Positions 1 to 9,202 of a stretch of 64,000 nucleotides of DNA are shown piece after piece. Source of the DNA: Pseudomonadota bacterium. Its GTDB lineage: Bacteria; Desulfobacterota; Desulfobacteria; Desulfobacterales; RPRI01. The stretch is taken from NCBI GenBank assembly GCA_043825875.1, contig JBDRRF010000066.1, positions 1 to 64,000 on the forward strand. The letters run 5' to 3'. The translations under genes were made by a program, and so were the position numbers. Numbering within the stretch: the stretch's first letter is position 1; each line of letters opens with the position of its first letter. The notes beneath the pieces are model-generated. The model saw only the letters and a list, made by a program, of their open reading frames with translations. It ran no database searches and was not told where the DNA came from.

Positions 1-117
1 TGAGCAGGATAAAAATTAAAACATCCTTGAACAAAACCGGCTATCAAGCAATAATGTAGTGAGGAAAATTTTAGCTGATTTATCATATAATGTTGCTTTT
101 ATTCGTTATTCATAAAA

Positions 118-570
118 TTATTGTCGAACTTGGGTTAAACACCTACAGCACCATTCAAGGTTGCCGATCTCTTTAGCCAGGGCCGGGTCCATTACCGCAG
201 TGATATCACTTTCTATAAGAGGTTTTGATCTTACTCTTGACTCTATTTTGGCAATTCTTTCCAGGATCTTGCTCTTATCCACTATAAAATCTCGAATTAC
301 AGGAAAACCTTTCAAGGGTTCTATAACAATGTCACGGTCTTTGTTTATGGGTGTAAAACATGCCATCATGGGTTCGCCATCAAGCATCATGGCACAACGT
401 CCACATACCCTTCCCCGGCAGGAATAATCAAAGGCAATTGCTTCGTGGTTTTCATGAACATATACTATTATTTCAAGAACCGTTATATTTTTCTTCCATG
501 GAACATCATAGGTTTTGTAATAAGGTTTTGCATCTATTGCCGGGTCGTATTTTAATATTTTTACATTCAT
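118..570 (-). pseudogene. SdhB/FrdB-like Fe-S subunit, C-terminally truncated
   Basis: 2Fe-2S motif SCRGRVCGRC...C and 'IEPLKGFPVIRD' are typical of SdhB/FrdB. The ORF stops (TAA) inside the first 4Fe-4S motif (WCCRCLTQVRQ*). Start placed at MNVKIL after an AGAGGAG RBS. Confidence 0.7.
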
Positions 571-583
571 CCCTTCTTCTCCT

Positions 584-2476
584 CTATAGGGCAAATTTGT
601 TGTCTATGAATTTTTTTACCTGTTCCGGGGTATAGTCCAGACATACGATCGGTTTCTTTTTAAGCTTCATGTTTCCGTTATCCAGTTTAACGGTAATATT
701 GCAAAGCCAGTTTTCGTTATCTCTTTTGTCAAAATCCGATCTGTAATGCTGCCCCCTTGTTTCCTTTCTCATCAGTGCTGCCCGGCACATGGCTTCAACC
801 ACATCAAGCATGTTATAATTTTCTATGGCTTCTTTCCATTCGGTGTTAAAAGTTTTTGTCTTGTTTGAAACTATCATCCGGGGAAGATCTTCTTTTCTTA
901 TCCGCTCCAGTTCTTTTATTGACGATTCGAGATCGGGGCCGTTTCGTATTGGTCCCAAAGCCTTGTACGAAGCTCTTTGAATTGCGTGTCTTACCACATG
1001 AGGACGAATTGGACTGCTTACCTTTCTGTTGCGGATTTCATGTACTCTTGTAAATTCATTAATAATCGGCTGCCAGTCTATCTTGTTGATCTGTAATTTG
1101 TTGATATATTCAAGAGCCTTTATTACAGCAAGTGAGCCACCACTCATATTCATATCAATACCGCCAGTTCTCGCACCTCTCACACCGCCTCCCAATGGGC
1201 AATAAAGGCCCGGTATATCGGTTGCCAGATTTTCATCAACTATCGGATGTGCGTTTGACTCGTACCATTCAAGGGAGACTTCAAGAAGTTGTTTCTGAAC
1301 GTCAAATCCGAATGATTCCTTGTAAGGTTTCACATTACGCCGGTATGTGTCTCGTAATCCGGCTATATGAGCTTCGGAACTGCAATCGACATATACTCCT
1401 CCATTGGGACTTCCTTTGCCTTCCATGATTTTTTTAGCAATCTCACGTGCAAACAAGCCACGGTTCATTTCCTCTCTGGTGTAATGTTTCATCCAGTAAT
1501 CGCCGTTCTTATCGCATATATACGCCCAGTCAAGATCATCGGCGCCGATACCACCGTTGTAACTTGCCGCAAGGCCTTCAGGATATATACTGATCAAGTC
1601 ATTTGCCATGAATTCACAGTCAGTCAATCTGGCACCATGTCTTAAAGCAATTGCATCAAGATCTCCGGTATTATCGGGGCTGCCGAGGGAAATCGGGCTT
1701 ACGGTAATCCAGCCATAGTGCCATGTACAGGGGCCTGCGGCGGCAATGGTGGCTTTTGCTCTGAAAACCCGGAATGAGCCTGTAGGTAAATAAATTCCCA
1801 TGGCTCCGATGCATTTCCCGTCTTGCATAAACAGGTTGGTAATCATGGTTTTGTCAACAACGTTTATTGCATTTCTTTTAACCTCATCTGATTCATGTCT
1901 GCTGAATCCATGTTCTACCATTTCCATACCAGGCATTATCGGCACTGTGATAAGCTTTCCCTCTTTGGTCCTGCTGAAAGCTGTTGTTCCACGGTTAGCC
2001 ACATCAAGTAGCAATTTGTTATTGGGCATATGATTATAAATAGCACTCATTACTTTCTGATTGCCTAAACCTTCAGAGTACCAAAGATTGAACTTGTATG
2101 CCGTATCTCCGTCTTTCATACTGGCAACATAATTATCCCAATTCATACCGAAACCGCCGCTAAACCCGAATGGTCCTTTGTCAACCATGATTAAATTGAC
2201 ACCTTGTCCGAATGCCTCAATTGCTGCTGATACTGCTGCAAAACCTCCGCCGATTATAAGCACATCGGTATCATATACTTCATAAACCGGCTCCGGTACG
2301 GCAACAGACTTGCCGGGAATCGGGATTTCTTTTGCGGCATCTTTTTTGGTAGTATCGCAGCTTGCAAGATTGAGTACGCCCATACCACCTGCCACACCGC
2401 CTGCTAAAAGTCCCGCATTTTTCAAAAACTCCCTGCGGGACGCTTCCTTGTTCTCCTTCTCTTTCTTTTTTGACAT
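584..2476 (-). CDS. Tat-exported lipoprotein, SdhA/FrdA/AprA-superfamily FAD-binding oxidoreductase
   Basis: SRREFLK twin-arginine motif, lipobox LASC, Rossmann motif IIGGGFAA, C-terminal RKETRGQHYRSDF. AAAGGAG RBS before MSKKK. Confidence 0.85.
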   Translation of the reverse strand: MSKKKEKENKEASRREFLKNAGLLAGGVAGGMGVLNLASCDTTKKDAAKEIPIPGKSVAVPEPVYEVYDTDVLIIGGGFAAVSAAIEAFGQGVNLIMVDKGPFGFSGGFGMNWDNYVASMKDGDTAYKFNLWYSEGLGNQKVMSAIYNHMPNNKLLLDVANRGTTAFSRTKEGKLITVPIMPGMEMVEHGFSRHESDEVKRNAINVVDKTMITNLFMQDGKCIGAMGIYLPTGSFRVFRAKATIAAAGPCTWHYGWITVSPISLGSPDNTGDLDAIALRHGARLTDCEFMANDLISIYPEGLAASYNGGIGADDLDWAYICDKNGDYWMKHYTREEMNRGLFAREIAKKIMEGKGSPNGGVYVDCSSEAHIAGLRDTYRRNVKPYKESFGFDVQKQLLEVSLEWYESNAHPIVDENLATDIPGLYCPLGGGVRGARTGGIDMNMSGGSLAVIKALEYINKLQINKIDWQPIINEFTRVHEIRNRKVSSPIRPHVVRHAIQRASYKALGPIRNGPDLESSIKELERIRKEDLPRMIVSNKTKTFNTEWKEAIENYNMLDVVEAMCRAALMRKETRGQHYRSDFDKRDNENWLCNITVKLDNGNMKLKKKPIVCLDYTPEQVKKFIDNKFAL

Positions 2477-2518
2477 TTGTATCGCTCCTTTCAAGATTTG
2501 AGAGAAACTTTATTTGCC

Positions 2519-2983
2519 TCAGATATCAAGCCTGATTATCTCTGGGGTAAGGTCTTTTGAATTCACTGTAACTTTTGCAATAGTTACAGGCAGATTTGAT
2601 CTGCGCGGGCCTGCGCTTCCGGGGTTAAGATAGAATATAGAATCCTGTTGTTTTATTTCCGCTCTGTGGGTATGACCAAAAATCACCATTTTAAGATTCG
2701 CTACAGCCGGATCAAGATCAAGATCTTCAATCTCATGCAATATATAAAAATAATGGCCGCAAACATCTACGGCTTTTGTCAGAGGAAGATTTTGGGTCCA
2801 CTTCCCTCTATCCGTATTTCCTTTTACTGCATGCACCAGAGCAATCTTGCCAAGCACATGCAGTACTTGTGGATCTCCAATATCACCTGCATGAAATATT
2901 ATATCACAATCAGCTATGGCCGATAACACCTCAGGTCTTAAAAGACCATGTGTATCAGATAAAATTCCAATTCTGTATAGCAT
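2519..2983 (-). CDS. YfcE/MJ0936-family metallophosphoesterase
   Basis: SDTHG, HAGD, GNTD, GHTH and NPGS motifs. Confidence 0.9.
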   Translation of the reverse strand: MLYRIGILSDTHGLLRPEVLSAIADCDIIFHAGDIGDPQVLHVLGKIALVHAVKGNTDRGKWTQNLPLTKAVDVCGHYFYILHEIEDLDLDPAVANLKMVIFGHTHRAEIKQQDSIFYLNPGSAGPRRSNLPVTIAKVTVNSKDLTPEIIRLDI

Positions 2984-3029
2984 ATATCAAGTTAACAAAG
3001 TCTATTTAATAAAAAATACATTCATAATA

Positions 3030-3120
3030 TCAGCAATCCTGACCGATCCTGAGGACCTTTGCTCCTCGTATTTTCCTTGCCTTAAGCTCGCCAAGATTTT
3101 TTTAGTACCATAGCTTTCAT
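3030..3120 (-). pseudogene. Collapsed remnant of a zinc-dependent alcohol dehydrogenase gene
   Basis: Manual translation gives MKAMVLK(K) joined with a frameshift to LGELKARKIRGAKVLRIGQDC*. These resemble the N- and C-termini of MDR-family ADHs. Confidence 0.55.
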
Positions 3121-3131
3121 GTTAAGCCCAC

Positions 3132-3467
3132 TCAAGCATTTCCTGTTTTCCGATCTGTGCCACAGCGCCAGCATGATGTAAATTGAGGTTCAATTATTTC
3201 ACCACATTTTATGCATTTCCAAGAAAGACCACAAGCTTCAGGGGGGCCCTGCCCCTTCTGATAACGTTTTATAAAATCTATAGCCCTTTCCAACTGGCTA
3301 TCTTCTGAAATCCATACAGATGGCAAAGTTTCTTCTGTTATCGGAAGTTCTCCCAAAGCGCCAAAAAGTGCTTCCCCACGAACCTCAGATGCAATCCCCT
3401 CAGTTTCCAGAAGACTTTTTACCATGTATGCTTCAGTAGGATGTTTTGCAATAAAAACTCGTTTCAT
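3132..3467 (-). CDS. DUF2007-like protein with C-terminal RanBP2-type zinc finger
   Basis: EAYMVKSLLETEGI N-terminus; WKCIKCGE...FTSCWRCG. Confidence 0.8.
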   Translation of the reverse strand: MKRVFIAKHPTEAYMVKSLLETEGIASEVRGEALFGALGELPITEETLPSVWISEDSQLERAIDFIKRYQKGQGPPEACGLSWKCIKCGEIIEPQFTSCWRCGTDRKTGNA

Positions 3468-3558
3468 AACCTTTGCCTTTTCTTTACAGCAGTAAATACT
3501 TCAAAAGGTAAAAACAACGATTTAGCCTTTTATAAAATAGATCCTGCTTATCTGCTAC

Positions 3559-6330
3559 TTAGTTTTCAGGCCTTTGTATATCTAACTTATGCATTCTCGC
3601 TCTTAAAGTACTTGGGTGCAGACCTAAGATAGAAGCCGCTCCATCCTTTCCGTTAATGCGCCACCCGGTATGTGAAAGTATGTTAACAATTTGCATTCGT
3701 TCAACTTCTTCCAGGGTTTGTATATTTGTTGTGGAAAATAGAGGTGCTGTCTCAGGTTTATCCGCCACATGCAAAATATGCCCCTGGCATAAGATAACTG
3801 ATCTTTCAATGACACTTTCCAACTCACGTATATTGCCGGGCCATGTATAATCTTGCAATATTTTTATTGTCTCTTTAGAAACAGATGAAATCTGTTTCCC
3901 GTATTTTTTCGCATATTTTTCAATAAAGGCTATTACCAAAAGAGGTATGTCTTCTTTGCGCTCGCGCAATGGAGAAACGATGATGGGAAATACATTTAAC
4001 CGATAAAAAAGATCCTGCCTGAAGCGTCCTTTACGAACCTCTTCCTCGAGATTACGATTTGTTGTTGCAACGATACGCACATCTGCTTTGATAGTGTTGG
4101 AAGCGCCAAGACGTTCAAATTGGCCATGCTGGATTGCCCTAAGAAGTTTGGCCTGCATATCAAGAGGAAGTTCGCCAATTTCATCAAGACATAACGTAGA
4201 ACCATTTGCAATCTCAAACCGTCCGATTTGCCTTTTATCGGCTCCGGTATAAGCCCCTTTTTCTCTGCCAAACAGTTCACTCTCTATAAGATTAGATGGC
4301 AGGGCTGCACAATTTACTACTATTATCGGACGATCTTTGCGGGGGCTCATGCTATGAACAGCATTTGAAATAAGTTCTTTACCTGTACCGGTTTCGCCAA
4401 GAACAAGAACGGTCATACTTGTTGGAGCAACCTGCTCTACCTGGTAAAGCACTCGTTTTATGCTTTCGCTTTCACCAATTATATCGGTATACTGATATTT
4501 TATATTTATCTTCTGGCGAAGATAAATATTTTCAGCTTCCAGTTGCTCCTTTAATTTATTTATTTCAGAAAACGCATCACGGAGGGATTTATCTGCTTTT
4601 CGGTTCTCCTCTATTTGATGCTCAAGCCGCTTATTAGCAATAAGAAGTTCATTAGTACGCTCCATAACCCTTGATTCAAGATCGATGTTTGCCTTTTCTA
4701 AAGCTTTGGACATAAGTTTTCGCTCGGTGATATCGGAAAACATAATTGCGAATTGTCCCTGCTGGGGACTGATAATCCATGTTTCAAAATATTTTTTCAA
4801 CCCGGCAGAATAATTTTCATAAAGAACCGGTTCGCGTGTAACAGCAACTTTAGCATATATATCAAGCCAATATTTTTCCAAATCCGGCATAACTTCTTTA
4901 ACGGTTTTTCCGATAATACTTTCGGATTTGATACCGGTTAACTCTGTAAATGCCGGGTTTACAGAAATGAAACGATATTCGATGGGGTTGCCTGATTTAT
5001 CAGAAATGACTTCGTGAAGTATAAAACCCTGAGCAATATTTTCAAATAGTAATCTATACTTCTCCTCACTCTCTCTAAGTGCTTTATACGCCTGCCTGCG
5101 CTCAAGCTCACCTGAGGCCCGGATTGCAACTAATTTCAGTAGAGATTCTGCAAGTTTTGTATCTTTAAGAGATCTGCACCCGATAACCGTAATCAGACCG
5201 ATAGTTTTACCCTCAGAACTCCATAGAGATGCTCCAACATAGCTTTCGGCTTTTATCTCCTGAAGGATTATATCATCCGGGAATAAACGGCTTACATTTT
5301 TCGGAAAGTGGCATATTGCCTTGCCCACTACATCATTGCATGGCGTTCCTTTAAGAGCATAAGATATATTATCATCATGATTTCCATTGGAATACACAGC
5401 CAAGGTGTTTGCCGACAAACCGTCTTCCGATAAACGGCTAATAAAAACATATTCCATTGTGAGTGTTTCTGCCAAATAACATGCCAGTGACTTGAAGAAA
5501 TCTTCACCTGTAGCAGGCAAACCGCACTGCAACAAAAATATCTGGGCATTTTCAATTTGCTTGCGTTCGGTTATGTCCTGCACTATGCCTACAGACCGGA
5601 TGGGCTGTCCGGAGAGATCATAATCGGTTCGGCAAACCTCATACAACCATTTGATTCGTCCGTCTTTCATCAGCAGACGATGTTCTATTTCATACCTTGA
5701 CTTGTTTTTAACCGATTCGGTATAAGCCTTATTAATATCTTCCCGGTCATCAGGATGGATAGTCTTTAAGAAGGCTTCATAAGATGGGTTGAACATAGCC
5801 GGCTCTATTTCAAAAATTTCGAAAACCGTATCCGACCATTTCAGCTGTTTGGTTAAAAGGTTATATTCCCATCTGCCCATTCGGGCAATGCTTTGGGCTT
5901 CTTTTAGATTTTGCGCATATTCCCGAAGATTATTTTCTGCTTTTTTGTGTTCTGTAATATCGAGCCCATAAACATTTATATAATCAGCCTCAATGATAGG
6001 CGCAAATGTAAGAGAATAGACTCGTCCCTCACATTCAACTACAGTGTATTTAATTAATTTGGAATCAAAAACATCAAGACTTAATTTGCGCCAGTAGGAA
6101 GGCAAAGAACTGCCTTGTTCACACTTCCACATTTTCATTAAAGGTTGGGCAGAATTATTCGCATACAGCACAACACCTGCATTTGTAATTCTTAATACTG
6201 GATTAGGGTTTTCGTTTGGAAATTTTGAGAGGCTATCAATCGTTTTTTCCGTCAGATTGCGTTTTGCAGCATCTTTTTCTAATTCTGCTATTCTTTGTTC
6301 TAATTCGTTGTAGGTTGATTTTTCAGGCAT
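3559..6330 (-). CDS. Sigma-54-dependent enhancer-binding protein with PAS/PAS/GAF/PAS sensors and Fis HTH
   Basis: GETGTGKEL Walker A, ESELFG...[35 protein letters not shown] 'DIT' motifs. Confidence 0.92.
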   Translation of the reverse strand: MPEKSTYNELEQRIAELEKDAAKRNLTEKTIDSLSKFPNENPNPVLRITNAGVVLYANNSAQPLMKMWKCEQGSSLPSYWRKLSLDVFDSKLIKYTVVECEGRVYSLTFAPIIEADYINVYGLDITEHKKAENNLREYAQNLKEAQSIARMGRWEYNLLTKQLKWSDTVFEIFEIEPAMFNPSYEAFLKTIHPDDREDINKAYTESVKNKSRYEIEHRLLMKDGRIKWLYEVCRTDYDLSGQPIRSVGIVQDITERKQIENAQIFLLQCGLPATGEDFFKSLACYLAETLTMEYVFISRLSEDGLSANTLAVYSNGNHDDNISYALKGTPCNDVVGKAICHFPKNVSRLFPDDIILQEIKAESYVGASLWSSEGKTIGLITVIGCRSLKDTKLAESLLKLVAIRASGELERRQAYKALRESEEKYRLLFENIAQGFILHEVISDKSGNPIEYRFISVNPAFTELTGIKSESIIGKTVKEVMPDLEKYWLDIYAKVAVTREPVLYENYSAGLKKYFETWIISPQQGQFAIMFSDITERKLMSKALEKANIDLESRVMERTNELLIANKRLEHQIEENRKADKSLRDAFSEINKLKEQLEAENIYLRQKINIKYQYTDIIGESESIKRVLYQVEQVAPTSMTVLVLGETGTGKELISNAVHSMSPRKDRPIIVVNCAALPSNLIESELFGREKGAYTGADKRQIGRFEIANGSTLCLDEIGELPLDMQAKLLRAIQHGQFERLGASNTIKADVRIVATTNRNLEEEVRKGRFRQDLFYRLNVFPIIVSPLRERKEDIPLLVIAFIEKYAKKYGKQISSVSKETIKILQDYTWPGNIRELESVIERSVILCQGHILHVADKPETAPLFSTTNIQTLEEVERMQIVNILSHTGWRINGKDGAASILGLHPSTLRARMHKLDIQRPEN

Positions 6331-6414
6331 TTTTATTGTATGATAAAAATTAAGTTTTTGTAAAAATCATATAACCCGCCATACCGCTCAAATACAGTAT
6401 CGAGAGCACAATGA

Positions 6415-7371
6415 TTATGTTATTTTTAATACGAGTTTTCCTGCAACTCTTCCGGTTTCACTTCGAATATGTGCTTCACGAATTTGATCTAAAGAATAGA
6501 CTTTTTCAATCACCGGATGCAATTTGTTATTTTCTGCCAATTCTTTTAGTTTATTCAAATCCATTGCGTTCAGTTTAGCAAAAACAATTTTAATTTTCTT
6601 GAATCCTGTTAAATTAGCTATAAGCCAAGAGAGCATGATCTTAAAACCAGGGACAGGAGTAACATAGCTTCCTTTCGGTTTTAAGGCTGCCTTTGCCTGT
6701 GAAAAAGAGATATTTCCTACTGTATCAAAAAAGATATCATAAATCCCTTTATTTTTAAATACATCTTCTTTTCTATAATCAATAACTTCATCGGCACCCA
6801 TTTTTTTTACTAATTCAATATTCTTTGTACTGCACACTCCGGTAACTCGGCAGTTAAAAGCCTTTGCAATTTGTAATCCGGCAAAGCCGACTCCTCCCGA
6901 GCATCCATTGATAATAATATGATCGCCCGCCTTTAGCCCGCCCTTGTACACTAAGGATTGATATGCCGTCAAACCTACAACCGGTATGGATGCCGCTTCT
7001 AAAAAATCAAGATTTTGTGGTTTAAGGCCGATTTCATTATTCTTTGCTTTGAGAAATTTTGCATAAGCTCCGCCTTTCATTGAGTTTACAGATCCCCATA
7101 CAGCATCGCCTTTATTATAACCTTTAATATTATTCCCTGTTTCAACAACAATTCCGGAATAATCTCCTCCTAATATTTTAGGAGGCTTGATCCCAGTTAT
7201 AAACTTCATCATTCCTTTTCTGATTTTCCAGTCCACCGGATTTACCGAACTTGCATGAACCTGTACCAGGATTTCATCCTCTTTGACTACCGGGATTTCG
7301 GCTTCCTGATACTTCAGCACTTCTGCCGTACCATATTTATCTGTCACAACAGCTTTCATTAATCCTTTCAT
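6415..7371 (-). CDS. NADPH:quinone oxidoreductase-like MDR-family dehydrogenase
   Basis: ASSVNPVDWK, NGCSGGVG, C-terminal GKLVL. Confidence 0.88.
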   Translation of the reverse strand: MKGLMKAVVTDKYGTAEVLKYQEAEIPVVKEDEILVQVHASSVNPVDWKIRKGMMKFITGIKPPKILGGDYSGIVVETGNNIKGYNKGDAVWGSVNSMKGGAYAKFLKAKNNEIGLKPQNLDFLEAASIPVVGLTAYQSLVYKGGLKAGDHIIINGCSGGVGFAGLQIAKAFNCRVTGVCSTKNIELVKKMGADEVIDYRKEDVFKNKGIYDIFFDTVGNISFSQAKAALKPKGSYVTPVPGFKIMLSWLIANLTGFKKIKIVFAKLNAMDLNKLKELAENNKLHPVIEKVYSLDQIREAHIRSETGRVAGKLVLKIT

Positions 7372-7447
7372 CTGAAAAACCTTCCCTTTTGAAGAGTAAA
7401 CTGTTGTCTGAAAACAAAATTTAATATTTACTGTTATAATATATGCT

Positions 7448-8698
7448 TTACACGCTCTTTTTTAATTCTCTGAAATCAATTCCTGCCGGGCTTTGATATA
7501 CTCTAAGATCAAACTCAGGAACTATAGCAAGTATATGATCAAAAATATCAGATTGGATAGCTTCGTAGTTCGCCCATGCCTTATCTTTGCAGAAAACATA
7601 TATTTCAATTGGCACTCCGCACTTTGTGGGAGTCATCTGCCGGATAATGAAAGTCATTTCCTGATTTACCATAGGATGGTTCTTTAAATAAGCAACCACA
7701 TAAGCACGGAAAGTTCCAATATTGGTTAATTGTCTTTTGTTTGCTGTACCGGAATCCTCAAGATTATGCAATTTATTGTATTCAGCCAATTCTTTCTTTT
7801 TATGCTCCATATATTCTGCAATATATCTTATTTGGGAAAATCGGTCCACCATTTCAACCGTGCAGAATTTTATAGTATTTATATCAATACAAACCTCTCT
7901 TTTAATTCTGCGTCCACCCGATTGCTGCATTCCGCGCCAGTTTTTAAATGATTCGCTGATAAGAGCATAGGTAGGAATTGTGGTTACTGTTTTATCCCAG
8001 TTTTGCACTTTTACGGTTGTTAAAGCAACCTCCAGGACTGCGCCATCAGCACCATATTTGGGCATTTCAATCCAGTCTCCATGCGCCAGCATTTTATTAG
8101 CCGAAATTTGTATACCGGCCACAAAGCCTAAGATTACATCTTTAAAGACCAAAAGAAGAACTGCCATAAACGCGCCCATGCCGCTTATGAAGTAAATAGG
8201 TGTTTTGCTGAATATTATTGAAATAATTAAAATAACAGCTATGAAATAAACCACGATTTTTAAGCTCTGAATAAAACTTTTAATAGGAACTTCTTTAGAA
8301 GCCTCTCTGGAGCTATATATATCAAGAACAGAATTCAAGAATGAATCAAGAACCATAATACTGATAACAATCATATAAACATACACAGCATTTATGCATA
8401 TGGCTATGACTCGCTCACTTCCCTCAAAGGCAAGAGGCAAAATAAAATAGAAAATAGCGGCGGGTGCAAAATGAGATAGTTTTTCAAATACTTTGCGTTT
8501 ATGGAAAATATCGTCCCAATTGCTTTTGGTTCGGGCAATTATGCGGTCTACAACATTTATAATAATCCGCTTGGCAATAATATTTGCTATTATACTGAAA
8601 ATGATTGCAAGAACTATTAAAATACTTCTTGTTAATAAACCAGCATTCTCAAGATTTACCCCATGAGAGACCAATAATTCATTAATAAATTCTGTCAT
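7448..8698 (-). CDS. MscS-family mechanosensitive channel (YbdG-like)
   Basis: N-terminal TM helices; GDWIEMPKYGADG, VKVQNWDKT, FKNWRGM, IQSDIFDH. Confidence 0.9.
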   Translation of the reverse strand: MTEFINELLVSHGVNLENAGLLTRSILIVLAIIFSIIANIIAKRIIINVVDRIIARTKSNWDDIFHKRKVFEKLSHFAPAAIFYFILPLAFEGSERVIAICINAVYVYMIVISIMVLDSFLNSVLDIYSSREASKEVPIKSFIQSLKIVVYFIAVILIISIIFSKTPIYFISGMGAFMAVLLLVFKDVILGFVAGIQISANKMLAHGDWIEMPKYGADGAVLEVALTTVKVQNWDKTVTTIPTYALISESFKNWRGMQQSGGRRIKREVCIDINTIKFCTVEMVDRFSQIRYIAEYMEHKKKELAEYNKLHNLEDSGTANKRQLTNIGTFRAYVVAYLKNHPMVNQEMTFIIRQMTPTKCGVPIEIYVFCKDKAWANYEAIQSDIFDHILAIVPEFDLRVYQSPAGIDFRELKKSV

Positions 8699-8745
8699 AA
8701 TAAACCTATAAGATTCAAGTTAAGTGGTTTTAATCTGAAACATCT

Positions 8746-8927
8746 GAGCCACTTTCAAAACGTTTCAGTTTGGTCAAGTTCAAGGCGGGAGTTCAACCGC
8801 CAGAATACATTAAGTATTTCGAGGATAGCGCTAAAGGTTAGCGCTTATGCTTCACTACGTGTCACTTCGTGCGAAATTTGAGCCCAACGCAGAGATCGGC
8901 TGAAATGGGGCGTTTTGAAACTGGCTC
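8746..8927 (+). mobile_element. MITE-like element, copy 1 (longest internal variant)
   Basis: 17-bp terminal inverted repeats GAGCCACTTTCAAAACG...CGTTTTGAAACTGGCTC flanked by duplicated ATCT; homologous to 29183, 37695 and 61375. Confidence 0.85.
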
Positions 8928-9202
8928 ATCTGACCATGATAATATCGGCACAATTAACTTCTATAAAATACAACCACATATGTCAAGTATCCTCTGCACA
9001 ATTATCCTCTGCACAAACATCCATGACAACCCCATGCCGACATGGCCGTCTATCAAAGATACAAAAAAAGTTTATTATTTAATCAATCTGTAGGCTATCT
9101 GTAAGTAATTATGTATTAAGTAATACTGGTGTAAGCGGCAGGAAAGAGCTAAGTAATTCATGAATTACATGTCAATATCTTCAACCATTAAATTCACAAT
9201 TT

